From the NCBI RefSeq assembly GCF_036321535.1, contig NC_087447.1, positions 50,780,001-50,844,000 of the forward strand: a stretch of 64,000 nt of DNA. The letters run 5' to 3'. The notes beneath the pieces were generated by a model. It was not told the DNA's origin, searched no databases, and saw only the letters and a program-made list of their open reading frames with translations. Both the position numbers and the translations under genes were made by a program. Positions 1 through 13,052 of the stretch are shown here, piece after piece; position 1 is the first letter of the stretch; every line of letters starts with the position of its first letter. Origin of the DNA: Camelus dromedarius. Lineage: Eukaryota.

Positions 1-170
1 AGTGTACAAAAATCAATTTAACTTCTATACACTAGTAACAAGCAATTGGGTACTTGGTAAAAGTACCATTTATAACAGAAGTAAAAATGTACCCAGGACT
101 GAATCTAAAAGTGATACAAGAAAATTTTTTTAAAAATTTAAGATATCTTTTAAACATCTAAATTAACGTA
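1..170 (+). mobile_element. Old LINE-1 fragment (ORF2 region), truncated by window start
   Basis: A-rich sequence resembling L1 ORF2 (aaaatcaatt..ttctatacactagtaacaagcaa..taccatttataa); recognised from memory, boundaries approximate. Confidence 0.55.
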
Positions 171-239
171 TAGAGATATAGTGTTGTAAAGCACCTCCAA
201 GCCCCTGACTTTCTTGGATCCACACCCCATCTTGGGAAC

Positions 240-330
240 ACGGATTATTATCATCCCTATTGGGCAGATGTGGAGACTGAGGCCCAGATAAGTGAATGAC
301 CTGCCCAAAGTCACCAAGTCTGCTGGGCCA
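240..330 (-). mobile_element. MIR SINE fragment
   Basis: Reverse MIR core: attatcatccctatt..cagatgtggagactgaggcccaga..aatgacctgcccaaagtcac. Confidence 0.7.
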
Positions 331-2619
331 TGGCCTCCTGCCTGCCATTCCTGGGCCTTGACCATGGCCCCAGGCACCGTGCCTGAACTTCACCACACCC
401 AGAGCCAAAGGCTGCAGCTGCATTAGGCCGGAGGCCAGGCCTCTGGGCTCCAGAGAGGAGGCAGGTGGCAATTAGGCTGTGTGCGAGCATGCGCACACAC
501 ACAGCTGTAACGTGTGTGTCTTCAGTAGAGGAAACCTGCTCAGTGCCACCCGACTCAGCGGCACTTGAGAGCTGGAGGTCGAAACCCGTTTGAGGCAAGA
601 GGTGAAGGTGGAGCTCAAAGGTAAGGCCCCACCCCAGTTTCCCCCATCCCAAGCCCCACCCTCAAACCCAGAAGAAAAGAGCAAATAAAGATTGTGGGGA
701 GACAGGAAGTCTGAGCCAGAAGGGCCCTGAGTGGGCAGGAAAGTGGGCCGGGAGGGGAGCCGTGGCTCCAGCATCGCCCAGCAGGCGTGTGGCAGTGAGG
801 GCTCAGCTCAGAATGCAGCCCTGCGGAGGGGACAGTCTGGGGTTTGAATGCTAACTACCATGTTTGCCTGTCGGTGGCCCCTAAGTGGAGCCCGTCGCTG
901 CCCAGAGTGAGGACTCCGCCCCTCCCCCTCCCGGAGAGCAGAACCACCTGCGGCTCGACTGGCGGCCGGGAAACGGCCAGTCTCTTAGCCTTAAGTCAAT
1001 GTTGTAACAGTTTTTAGAGCTGGCCTCCTCCACCCTGGGACGGTCTTTCACAGAATTGTTCTGTCCTGGCCATGACCCTCTTCTCCCCTCCAGCCTAGAC
1101 TCTGCCTGGCCTTTGAGTAAACAGGCCCATTAATCTATTTTTCACAGCAGAAGAGCAGTCTTTCCAGAAGGTTTGTTCTCATACTCCCAAGAACACAGAA
1201 ATGACATCAGTTTTTAAAATGTCATCTTTTTTTTTTTTCCTTTACTCTTGCTCTCAAGAGTTTGGAGCAATCAATCACAAATTAGATTTGTATTCTAGAA
1301 AGTTCATTTGGCTGAGGGAGACAGGAGCTCAGGGGCAGGAGGGGCCCTGGGGAGAGTGAGGAGGTGATGAGTAGGGGAGCAAGGAATGTGCCAGACCTGG
1401 GAGGGGGGCAGAGGTCAGGGGAGGTGGAGTGTGCAGGGCTTGGAACCTGGGGGAGGGGCGAATGGGAGGGGAGGGGAGTGCTTGTCAGGGCAGATAGGAA
1501 GGCTGGCTCCGGCCTGGCCTTTGGGGTGGGGTGACCGGGCACAGACAGTCCGGGAGACGGCCCGCACGTGTCCTGGGAGCCTGTGGCAGCACCTGGGGGG
1601 ACAGGGGTCCCCCACACCACACCCCAACTGCCTGGGATCCTACCTCCACTCATCCCCACAGCTCCCCAGTATGCGGCAGAGGACAGGAGGCCCTGAGTGT
1701 CTTTCAGAATGTTCTACACCAGGTGTCAGCGGGGCTCCCTGTTCCTCCTGCCCCTCCCCTCATCCCCTCCGTAGCAGCTGCGTGTGGGCTGCAGGCCAGA
1801 GCCTCGGCCTCACTGCTGGACCCAGCCTGATGTCTTCCAAAGCTCCCCACCCCTCCCCTGCATGAGCAGTACTGGCCTCTGCACAGAAGTGGGAAGAAGG
1901 GAGCTCCCCAAACTCTCAGAGATGGAAGACAGCTGCCTGTGTGGCCTGAGACTCCAGACACAGCCCCCACGCAACCGCGGCTCAAGTGGGTGTCCAAGGG
2001 GCCTGCCACAGTGGGGCACGTGCTCCCTCTCACCCCTCAGGGCCCTCCCAGGGGCCAGAGTACCTGAAACCTTCCACTAAATCCAAAGCTTCTTAGCCAA
2101 ATAAGCCCCTGCCCCCAGGTGCCTGAGGGAACACCAGATCCACCTCTCCCAGGCTGCCCTCTGGACCTAAAAGTCTTTTAAGGCCCAGCCAGGACCCTCT
2201 GGGCACCCCATTTGGCAGTATTTCCCCCTATTCCCAACCTCCACCCCACCTCCTCAGTGCTGAGCTGGGACCCCATGACAGAGCCAGATCCCCTCAGCGG
2301 GGGTGGGTGGGCATGTGGACTCTGCCTGAGGGAGGGCCATGGGCAGCAGGCCCTCTGGATCTCAGATGGTCCAGGAAGCACCCAGGGGATTCCTTGCACC
2401 CATGCTACTCCCCCACCCCGCCTACTGGTGCTGGCCTGGGCAGGACACTGGAGAATCCAGGAACCATTGGATCTAGCTGCCCCCTGACCCTGCACCAGAT
2501 CCACTAAAGTTCCATTCATCTGCTGAGGTCCTGGGCAACATTTTCCCACCAAGAGGATCTCCAGGACCCACAACTGGCAGGGCTTGGTGGGGAGGATTGA
2601 GGTTCTCATGGTGGTGCTC

Positions 2620-3180
2620 TGGGCTCTTTGGGAAACTGCCTGGCAGTTCCTCAAAAACCATCTCATTGCCTTACTCCATTCCTAGGTATTTACCCAAGAG
2701 AACTGAAAACCTATGTCCCACAAAAATGTGTATATGGATGTTCATAGAAGTATTGTCCATACTGGCCCCAAAGTGGAAAAATCCCAAAGGCTAAATGGAT
2801 AAGCAAAATGTGGTAAATATACACAGTGAAATATTACCCAGCCACGAAAAGAAATGAGGTTCTGATACATGCTATGACGTCCATGAACCGTGAAAACAGT
2901 TATGCTAAGTGAAAGAAGCCAGATTCTGTTTACAGGGAATGTTCAGAATAGGCACATACACAGAGACAGCAGATTAGTGATTGTCAGGAGTCGGGGGAAG
3001 GGTAAATGGGGAGTGACTGCTGATGGGGATAGGATTTCTTGTTGGGATGATGACAATGTTCTGGAATAAGTGGTGATGATTGTACAACTTTGTGAATAGA
3101 CTTAAATCCACTGAATCTTACATTTTAAAAGGATGATTTTTGTGGTATGTGAATTATATCTCGATAATAAAAATTTAAAA
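2620..3180 (+). mobile_element. L1M (L1MB-like) 3' end
   Basis: Typical L1 3' motifs (attcctaggtatttacccaagagaactgaaa; atggataagcaaaatgtgg; atgctaagtgaaagaagccaga; gtatgtgaattatatctc) ending in an A-rich tail. Confidence 0.8.
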
Positions 3181-3199
3181 GATACAGTCAGAGAAGTAC

Positions 3200-5900
3200 C
3201 ACTCCTCCTCCTTGCTCTCCCAGCCCCATTCCCACATCTTCCCACCCGTTACCACCTGCCCTTAATGGGAACCAATCTCTTCACTTTCTCATCTGTCCCT
3301 CCTGCATTTCCTTTGCATAAATGAGCAGACACGTGTGTATGTCCTCATAGTCTCTTCTCCTTCACATGAAGAGGAGCACACCATACAGATACTCTTGGCT
3401 TTTGCTTTTTTTCGCTAAATAGTGCATGCTGGATTTAATGCCATCTAAAGTCAGAGATTTTTTTTTTTTACAGCTGCATAGTGCTCCTTTGTATGGATAG
3501 GCTATGCTATAGTTTATCCATCACTCTCCATGTTCGGGTACGTTGTTCCCAACATTGTGCAATTAAAAATAACCCTTTAGTGAAAAACCTTTTATATATG
3601 TATTTTCACATTTTTGGAGGTCTATCGTCAGGATAAATTCCTAGAAGTGGAATTCCTGGGTTAAAGGGTGAGCATGTATTTAATTTTACTGGGTATTACC
3701 AAATTTTCCTCCAGAGGATTACACCAATATGCATTCCCATCAGCAATATATTCGAGTGCTTGTTCTCCCACAACCTTGCCAGCAGAAGATGTTGATATTT
3801 TTATTTTTTTGTGAGTCTGATTAGGTAAGAAGCAGTATCCATCTCAGTGTTGTTGTCATTTGCCTTTCTCTAATTTGGAGTGTCCCTGAGCATCTTTCCT
3901 CCATATGTTTGAGGGTCATTTTTATATCTTTTCTGGTGAATTGTCTGTTCATGCCTTGCCACCTCATTTTACTATTGGATTTTTAGGTTTTGTTCTCAAT
4001 TTTTAAGAGTTACTTATATATTAGGGATATTTGCCTTTTGTGATATTATGTTATGAATATTTTCTTCCAGTTTGTCAGTTTTCTGACAAACTTTATGGTG
4101 TTTTGTGTCATGCAAAGTTTTTTTAAAATTTTCATGTAGTTAAATTTATTGGTCTTTTATGCCCTCCGGGTTTTGAAGCATAGTTAGAAAGCCTTTCCCA
4201 ACATCGAAGTTAAAGAGGAAGTCACCCATGTTTTCTTCTGGTCTTTGTGTGGTTTTAGTTTTTACATTTAGAGCCCCGGTCCATGTAGCTTATTCTTTTG
4301 CTGGGTGTGACATATAGATCTAATTTTATCTTTTTCCAAATGGCTACCCAGTTGTCCCAATACCATTTATAACAAGCGCATTTTTAGTATGTGTCAAAGG
4401 GGCATATCTCAAATCACTTGGGTAAAGGTGTCTTTGGGTCTCTTGCTAAATTCCTAGTTTACTGCAACTTGTCTGTTCATGCACCAGTGCCAACTATTTT
4501 CAATTACAGAAGCCTTTATGTTTTAATGTCTGCTAAAGCTGTTTCCACCTCATGGCTTTTCTTTTCCAGTGTTTTCCCTCCTATTCTTGCATGTTTATCT
4601 TTCCATACAGACTTTGCAACTCATCTATCTTCATGAAACAGCTTGCTGGTATTTCTATTGGGATTGCATTGAATTTACAAATTAATTTAGGGAGAACTGA
4701 CATCTTTATAATGTTGACTCATTCTGTCCAAGAACAGGGAGGTCTTCATATTTGTTCTTCATTAGTGTCTTTCCAGAATGTTTCAAAATTTTTCCTCATA
4801 TAGAATTTATGTATTTCTCCTTAAATTTGTTCCTAAGCATTGAATCTTTTTATTGTTATTATTATGAAGTGCTTTCTCTACCCTTATGACCTCTGTTTAT
4901 TGTTGGTATATATAAAGGCCATTGGAGTTTGTATTTTAATTTTGTATCCTGCTACTTCACTAAACTCTTACTATTTAAATTAGTTTTATCACTGGTTCTC
5001 TAGGGGGTTTTCAGGTATAACATTATATTATCTGCAAAGAGATATAGTTTTTTCCTTCTTTCCTTCTTTATCCAGCCTTAGGCCATAAATTGATTTATTT
5101 TGTCTAATTGCATTGGTTAATTCCTCTAGTACAACGTGGAATCATAGTGTAGATAGTGGCTATTCTTGCCGTGTTCCTGATCATAGTGGAAATGCTTCCA
5201 CTGTTTCCTGATTAAGTAAGATGCTGGCTTTAGGACTACATTTTATCTTGTTAAGTACATACCCACCCCTCATTTCCTATTTCATTGAGTATTTTTATCA
5301 TGAATCAGTGTTGAATTTTGTTAAAGCCTTTCTTGGCATCTATAGAGAAAAATCACGATTTCCCCTTCGGTTCATGCTTGTTATGGGTTGAATTGTGTCC
5401 CCCCAAAGATGTCGAAGTCTAACTCCCTGTGCCTCATAATGTAAACTTACTTGGAAATAGGGTCTTTACAGAGGTGATCAAATTAAAACGGGGTCAGGAG
5501 GTGGACCCTAATCCAATGTGACTGGTGTCTTTATAAAAAGGGGAAATTTGGATACAGAAATAGACACACAAAGGGAGAACACATGGGAACATGAAGGCAT
5601 AGATCATGGTATTGTTTCTATAAGCCAAGGAATGCCAAAGATGCCAGCAAACCACCTGAGGCTAGGAGAGAGGCACAGAGCAGATTCTCCCATATAGCCC
5701 TCAGAAGGACCCGACCCTGATGACACCTTGATCTTGGACTTCTAGCCTCCAGATCTGTGAGACAGTAAATTTCTGTTGTTTAAGTACAACAGAGTGCTGT
5801 GGTACTCTGTTATGGCAGCCCTGGCAAATTAATGGTATTAATGGATTTGCTAATGTTAAACCAACTTTGCATGCCTGGAATAAATCCCATTTGGCCCTGG
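3200..5900 (-). mobile_element. Old L1M element, antisense, interrupted by an MLT1 LTR
   Basis: Long T-rich stretch with antisense L1 motifs (ataaattcctagaagtggaattcctggg; gggattgcattgaatttacaaattaatttagggagaactgacatcttt); L1-like sequence resumes after 5835. Confidence 0.75.
5379..5832 (+). mobile_element. MaLR solo LTR (MLT1B/C-like) inserted in L1
   Basis: Starts tgttatgggttgaattgtgtcccccca; contains ggaaatagggtctttacagaggtgat, gccaaggaatgccaa, gacaccttgatcttggacttctagcctccaga; ends ttatggcagccctggcaaattaa. Confidence 0.85.
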
Positions 5901-6599
5901 CTGGTTCTTAATAATATCCAAGATACTAACAAAATATAAGCAGTGTTTCAGAGCATCATGGAATTAAGAGCAACTCAAAGTTCATTCTGTCCTCCATATC
6001 CCCATTTTCCATGGTGTCTGCTCTCCCCTGGAGTCCAATGTGATTCTCCCATTTTCCGAACTCTCAGCAGGATACCATCAGCAGCTACTCCCAACCTGAA
6101 AGTTCTGTGTATCCAAGTCCACTCCTCCCCTGCGATCCCGCCCCCTGGCTAGATGGGAGTGGGGGAACTGGTTAACATGGTTAGTTGAATATCCCACCCC
6201 AAGACACCAGCCATTTGGAGCCTCTATTTTGAGTCATTGCCCATGCCAAGGGGCTTTTTTAGGGTTCTCAAGTGATAGCTGGGCAATTAGATCTGTTGGG
6301 ATTTTTAAAAGAAATGATTATTATAAGAATTTCACTTGGGAAACTCTGTTACATACAGGAGCAGTGAAGATAGGGGTTTCTCCATGGCTCTAGTGGGGTG
6401 GAGGTTATGAAGTCCTGCAGAACTGGGAAGAGGGAACTATGTCAGCTCTGGGTGACAAGGTCTCTAAGAAGGAGTAGAAAGGGCTACTCTGTGAGGGAAT
6501 GAGCTCCCAGGTACAAGGGAATGCAAGCAGAGGTTGGACAGCAAGTCAAGGAGCCAGTAGCATTTCTGTGGGGGAGAGAAGAGGAGGAGGAGGCACAAG

Positions 6600-6790
6600 A
6601 GTGGAGTCAGACAGGGTAGGTAGGAACCCAGTTCTGACGTTTCCTAATTGTGTGACCGGAGCATCTCCCTGAGGCTCAATTCTGTCATCTGTAAAATGGG
6701 GCTAATGAGGGCTCCCGCCGAGGGTGGTTGTGAGAATTAAATAGGAAAAGCACCTACACAACAGGCCTGGTGATGGCACCATTCAGTGAC
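6600..6790 (+). mobile_element. MIR SINE
   Basis: tgtgtgacc..ctcaattctgtcatctgtaaaatggggctaat..ggttgtgagaattaaat. Confidence 0.7.
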
Positions 6791-7179
6791 TCAGTTTATG
6801 GCAACCGACCAGCAGGGACCCAGGTCCAGAGCATCATCAGAGCCTCACTCCTTTCCCAGACTTGTTGGGAGACCAGGCTCTTCCTGTCATGTCTGGAAAC
6901 CTCGCCCCCTGCCCCCAGCCCCCAACAGGAGCAGGGCCAATGCCTTCTCACTCCCACCCCACCAGGCTGGGTGCCCTGAACAGGTCACTGTCCCTCTCTA
7001 GGTCTCTTTCCTCATCTGTCAGAGAAGGTGGGAGCTGCCAGAGATGGGCTCTGAGGTGGGCCCTCCCAGAACTGACATTCTGGGATGGCCAGGCTTTAAC
7101 CACCCATGTGCAAGTCTCTGCTTTTGGGGACTCCATGTCTTCACAAAATTGGGGGTTGGGCAAAATAAAAATAGCATCA

Positions 7180-7400
7180 GCCAAGCCCTGCTGGGCACTT
7201 ACTCTGAGCCCAGACCCACTCTAGGGGTTTTACGTGGCTCGGTCCATTTAATCCCCATAACAACCCTATGACGTGGGTGCTACTATAAAAATTTTATAAG
7301 TGAGGTGATTTGGGCATAGAGAGGTTGGGTCACTTGTCCAATGTCACACAGCTAATATAAGCCCAGCCAGTGAGTCCAGAGTCCATTCTTGCATCCACCA
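7180..7400 (-). mobile_element. MIR SINE
   Basis: tttaatccccataacaaccctatga..agaggttgggtcacttgtccaatgtcacacagcta. Confidence 0.65.
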
Positions 7401-8689
7401 CACAACACTGCTTTTGTGGTTCCAACACTGAAATACAAAAGAGGGCCTGAGCTTCCTCTGAACTCCACTGTTGTGTGGGCTGAGGCAGAAACGTTTTCCC
7501 AGACGTGACCCCAGCTCCACCTTTGAGCACATCGCAATGCTGCCCAACACCCTACATGCTGGGGCCTTATAGGGCCCCAGGACTTGCCTGTACCTGATCA
7601 TCACACACTACTGCTAGAAGCTCATTTTACAGACAGGAAAATGAGGCTCTGATAGGAGAGAGAACTTGCCTGGACCACACAGCCAGTAATAGTGAGGACT
7701 TGAGCCCAGAGCTGCCTGGCTGCACCAGGTGCTGCTGTCTTCCCCATAATGAGCCTCAGCCTCACCCTCCTACAGACTCCATCACCAACTCCAAGAGAGG
7801 CAGCATGAGTTTAGGGCCCTGGAAACAGAGTGGAGAGGTGGGGGTGAGGGGTGTTGCTGAACAGTTGAGGGGGCCAGCGGGCTTCCTGGTGGAGACTCGG
7901 CATTAGAGCCAGGCCTGATAGCAAGACATGCCATGTAGAGAGGGAAGGAAGAGCCTTTCAGACTTTGCAGGTCCCCGTTAAACAAGGTCTTCTGAGAGTG
8001 GGGAAGCTGGTAGCCCTTGAAAGGAGCAGAGAGGGCTGGGGAGTCCGCAGTGCAGTGGGGTCCTGGGGGAGGGAGTCAGGCAGGGCACAGTCTTGGAACA
8101 TTGTTTTATGGGTAGTGGGTCATGGCTGCGTATTTGCAAGGCTCTGTAAGGGGCTGGAGCTACACGAAGCAGAGAAACAGCTGGGAGGCCTGGGACAGAG
8201 GCTGAGGTTGTGGAAGAGGCCTGATTAGTGTGAGTGACTGAAAGGTGGATGAAATCATTTACCGAGACTGGGAACACTGGAGGGGGAGATGAGTGGGCCT
8301 GAGTTTCTCTGTCTAAAAAGTGGCTGACACAGGTGTGGGATGAGCAGAACAGACACATCTGCCCTGCTGATCCAGAGCCCATACATACTGTGTGCCAAGG
8401 CTGGTGGTTCACAAACCTTCTCAGTCTTAGTTTGGAAACCTGCCCCTCCTGCCGTCGTCCTATCACAGCTCGAGTAAATGAAACCTCAGTATGGCCCCGG
8501 AGCCAGCTTTCCCCATCTGACAAGGGCTCTCTTTGCGCTTCCTGGGTTGTGTGAGTCGCGTTCCTTCATCGCAAGTCTTAGGAATGAAATATGAACATGG
8601 AGATGGGGAAAAGATGGGCGCTTGCCTCTTTGAGACTTCTTTTCCCATCTCCCTGCATTGGTCTTGCGGGTCTCTGCAGGAGATGCGTG

Positions 8690-9500
8690 CTTAAAGCTCC
8701 GCGGGCCTGAGAGCCTCCAGGGGCTCGCACGGAATCCTCAGGCAGCTGCCTCCCTGGGCTGGGCCCTGGGAGAGGGTGGGCTCCCGGAGATGTTCCACAG
8801 CGGATAGAGCGAGGTTGGAACGGAGGGAGGGAGAGCGCGGGCCGGGTCGGGCTGAGCCGCCCGGGTCCCCAAATCCTCTCCACCTCTGCTGCGGGAACTC
8901 CGCATCCTCCTCCCTGCCAGTTCGCCTCACAGCTCGGCTCTAGTTCGCATGCGCTGCAATCCTAGCCCGCCCGCCCCTCTGGAGACCACGCCTCTGTCCC
9001 AAAATGGGCGGAGGCCGCGGGGAGGGGCGGGTCGCCCGGGAGTCCCAGTTCGAGCCCCCGCCCCAGGCCAGCCCCAGCTGATCTCCGGCTGGAGCCGGAG
9101 GCTGCTGTTTGGGGCCGGTCCAGCCTCTGCTCCAGTGCGTTCTCGGCCCTGCGTCCCTAGAGTCCGCTGGCCCCGCGGCGTCGCGGCGGGTAGGAGGCGC
9201 TGCGCTGAAGGAGGTGTGTGCGAGCGCGCGTGTGTTCATGTGTGTGTTTCGGGTGTGTGTGTGCGCGCGCGCGGGTGCAGCGCGGGCCAGTGCATGCCCT
9301 GTGAGCACGAATCTGTGGGTGGGGGTGCACATCCCGCAGCCGGCGAGGAAGGAGATGTGCGCTGGCCTTGGGGCCCCGGGGGGCGGGGATCTCTAGTATC
9401 AGCCCGGGTTCCCGGTGTTCGTCCCCACCCCCAACCCGGTGAGTTGCCTCTTCCCACTGACCCCCGGTGTTCCGGAGCCAGTTTCCTAGTTCAGACGCGC
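8690..9500 (+). promoter_or_regulatory. CAPN5: CpG island / TATA-less promoter of CAPN5
   Basis: Densest CpG cluster in the window; NRF1-like TCGCATGCGC at 8945-8954; GC box GGGGCGGG at 9024-9031; lies upstream of the first coding exon. Confidence 0.8.
9070..9189 (+). other. CAPN5: Probable non-coding exon 1 of CAPN5 (start approximate)
   Basis: Within the CpG island, ending at donor CGG|GTAGGA (GT at 9190-9191); CAPN5 is known to have an untranslated first exon; TSS not determinable from sequence. Confidence 0.6.
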
Positions 9501-9719
9501 TAGGGTTTAGCTCTCGGGGTTTGACCGGCTCTTCCCCTCCTCAAACCCCACAATTTCGCTTTCCTATCCCTTCTCAGCCTTCTACTCCTTCGATTCCACA
9601 CCCCCTCCTGGGAACCTCCCCATCCCCCTTCCCTGGAGGCTTGGGAAAGATGGCAAGGCCAAAGTCGATTCCCTTCCTGACCCTCTTCCCAGGTCATGGG
9701 GTCCTATTTCCTGGGCTGC

Positions 9720-9852
9720 TGGGCTTGGATGTGTCTGTGAGGGCGTGGGGAGGTGGGGGAGAATCTGAGGGAGAATGGCTCTTGGGCTTGGATGTGTCTG
9801 TGAGGGCGTGGGGAAGTGGGGGAAAATCTGAGGGAAATTGGATCTTGGGCTT
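9720..9852. repeat. Tandem duplication, 63-bp unit x ~2.1
   Basis: tgggcttggatgtgtctgtgagggcgtgggga.. at 9720 and 9783; third start tgggctt at 9846. Confidence 0.9.
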
Positions 9853-12634
9853 CTCTCATTCTGCCTCCGCCCTTCATAGTTGGGAGTCTAGGGCAACCTA
9901 CCTGGGGTCCAGGGGTGAAGTAGGACAGGTCATTAACAGGTGCCAAGTTCTCTCCAGGCTTCATTTCATGTGGTGGGATTCAGCCCTAGACCCCACAGGG
10001 TTGAGGAGAGAGGGACAGAGAAGGTGAAATGAGCTACTCTCTCTCAGGGCTGCTGAGCCACAATTTGCACCTGGGTTGTCCTGGCTCTCAAGCCAGAACC
10101 CTCTCCCAGGACCAGCATTTGAAAGAAGGGTGCCGAGGGCAATTATACCTAGGATTCTGGGGAAGGAGAAATCTGGGCAGACTTCCTGGAAGAGAGGGGT
10201 TTGAGGGTGGGGCTCAAACTACCCTTTGAGGGTGCAGCCTCCTGGGGAATCACTGCGTTCTGTTGCAAGGATTGAGACCCTCCCACCCAAGGTCTTTGGG
10301 CCTGGTCTTTGCTCCAGTCCCCAGAGTCTTGGTGTTGAGGTGGGGAGTCCTGGCTGCTGGCTGAGGGCTTGCAGGGTAGGATGGGCCCAGCTGTTGCTGC
10401 TTCAGGCCAAAGCTAGGAGCCAGGAAGAGATGCTTAAGTGGGGTCAGTGCCCTGAGGACCAGCTCTTCTGACTGGTGAGGCAGATGGGTAAAACAGAGAA
10501 GCCCCTGTCCAGAGTTGCACCCAGGTGTTGGAAGACAGTCCCTGCCTGGGAGCTGGGGAAGATTTCATTGTGAAGACATCGGTGCTGGGTCTTGAAGGAT
10601 GAGAAGTTCACCAAGCAGAGGAGAAAGGGCAGGGCACTGCAGGTGCAGGGAATAGCTGGGTAAAGGCCTGGAGGCATGCAGCTGAATGATAGCCTGTGGA
10701 GAGTGGCATGAAGTCCTCAGGTGTGTGTCCCAGAAGAGTCATTGTTGACTCTGTGGTGAAGGACTTGCAATGGAGGCCAGTGAGGAGGAGGCCAGAGCAA
10801 GGAGAGGCCCCCTCTCCTCTCCTCTCCCCTCCCCATCTCCCCACCCAGGGCCAGGCTTGGCGCTGGAGATCTGATAGAGGTTCCTAGAGCAGGGGTGGGG
10901 GTGAACAGGAAGTGCTAAGAGGCTGCATGGGGCCCCCAGTGAGGAAGAGGGGATGAGGGAGCCCTGTCAGAGGTGGAGCCACCAGTCGGGGTGGAGCTAG
11001 TCCCGGGAAGTTGATGAGATGAGGGTTGGACACAGTGGTTTGAGAGGCTTGTGGGCTTTTGGGGTGATAATCCAGAACACTGCTCCCAGGCCAGTGTTGT
11101 CTCTGGCTACTTCTGCCCCTCCTTTCCCTGCGGGCTGTCAGGACAGCCCTGAAGCCCTGGTCCCTGAACAGGAGACCCTCCTGGAGCCGCCAGTGGGCAC
11201 AAGGAAGCTTCTCTTAATGACCCCTCCTACCTGCATGACCTGTCATTGTGTCCAGCTTCTTCCTTGATGAGACAGGCTTGGCACGTGACCTTGAGGCAAG
11301 GAACTTCCCCTGTGAGTTTCAGTATCCTTGTATGCGAAATGGGGGTAAATGCTGCCTAATCTCAGAGATCTGGGGGATGATGATGAAGTAAATCACGTTA
11401 CTAAAAATGCTTTATGAAGTACATGGTGTTTGGTAGCCATTACAACTAATAGTAACTAATAATCAGCATCACGTAGTCCCTTCTTCCCTGGCCAGGGGTG
11501 CGGGGGTAGTGGACGACCCAGAGGAAGCAGGGGCCTGACTTTGGGAGAAGGGTGAAAGGAAACAGGGTCTTCCCCACTGAAGTGGAAGCCCCTCTTGGCT
11601 TCTGTGGTGGAAAACTGTGGCCCTCTTAGCCCCCTCATGTAGGCAGGCTTGCTGTCTGGGGCCCAGCAGGCGTGGAAGTGTTTTGTGTCCAGTGCCTCAC
11701 CTGGCTCTGAGAGAGGCCTTTCCCTGCCTCTGTGTCCTCAAATGTTTTGAGTGCCTTTAGAGCCGCCTTCCCTCCACCTCTCTAGCCCCTCCAGAGACCT
11801 CTTCTGCGCCTTCACGCCTTGCCTTTTCTGCTCAAAACATTCCTTGGCTGAGAGTGGTCCCCCAGGGGCCTCTCCTGCAGCCGTCTCTGTAGCCTCTCCT
11901 CCCTGGGCTGGTGTGACGCCCTGGAATGGCCTCACTTCAGTTCAGGCTGAGCTGCCGACTTCGCTTTGGCCTCAGGCCTTGTCTTTCCCTGCTCACTAGT
12001 GGCAAAATGGGCCAAGTACCTTTGGGGTTTTAATCCAGGATGTTTTAGGAAGCTAGCCCTCAAGCTTGGACACAGAAAGTTGTGGAATGTGGGCATTGCT
12101 GGCCTGTAATGGCCTGAGTTACTGCTCCCTGGTCTAATGTTTCAGGAATGTGTTTCTAGGGGCCCAGCTTCCCTGGGGCTAGGAGTGTGAGGGTGCCGCT
12201 GGCTGAGGCTCTGGTGGCCTGTGGGCATGGGCTGTGGTTTTCTGCCACACTGGTGCATGTGGCCAGAACAGACCAAGCCCATCCATAGGTACCCAGCTGA
12301 GCAGCACTGTCAGGGTGTTCCCAGGGTGGCTACAGGATCTTGTGGCCCGAGGGACAAGAGACAGAGATCCTGCTGGCCTTATCTGTCTGCCCTTGCAGGC
12401 CAGCCCCTGCCCCAGTGCCCCCTGCTGCTGTGTAACTTCTGCCAGTCCGGGTGAGGGAGGTGGGACTCAACTGATTTGTTACTAATAATAGTCACTAAGA
12501 CACTAGCGCTTGGGAGGATTGTTTTCCATTGGAGCAACTGAAGGAGTAATAACTTCATCTTCACTCCCTCCCTCACTTCCTCGAGCAGGAGAGAGGTGCG
12601 AGGCCACAGGCCCACCACACTGTGGTTCAGGAAT

Positions 12635-13052
12635 GGTATTGTTTCCTAGCGAAGCTGTAACAAGTTAACACAGACAGAGTGGCTGAAAACAGTACAAATT
12701 TATTCTCTTACTATTTTGGAGGTCAGAAGTCTGAAGGGAGTCTTATGGGCTGAAACCAAGATGTTGTCAGGTGGTTCCTTCCAGAAGCTCCAGGGGAGCC
12801 AGTGTTCCTTGTGGCCTCGTCACTCTAGCATCTCCTGCTGTTGTCACACTGCCGTTTTCTCTTTTGGAGTCAGATCTCCCTCTTAAGGACACCTTGATTA
12901 CATTTAGGGGCCACCCACATAATCCAGGATAATCTCCCCATCTCAAGATCCTTAATCACATCTGCAAAGTCCTTTTGCCATATAAGGTAATAGTCTAAGG
13001 TTCCAGGGATTAGGAGCTTGATATTTTGGGGGCCATTATTCAGGCTACCACA
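12635..13052 (-). mobile_element. MaLR solo LTR (MLT1D-like) with 5-bp target-site duplication
   Basis: Reverse MLT1 motifs (ataatccaggataatctccccatctcaagatccttaatcacatctgcaaagtccttttgcc; ggccattattcaggctaccaca); flanked by GGAAT at 12630-12634 and 13053-13057. Confidence 0.85.

Noticed and set aside
880..980. Small CpG/GC-box patch, possible promoter
   Set aside because: Too short for a CpG island and no associated exon or donor that I can support
9720..9852. Possible CRISPR-like repeat array
   Set aside because: Plain tandem duplication without unique spacers, in mammalian DNA, no cas genes
8940..10027. Overlapping ORFs across the CpG island
   Set aside because: Stop-poor CpG-island sequence; the internal peptide repeat is just the 63-bp duplication
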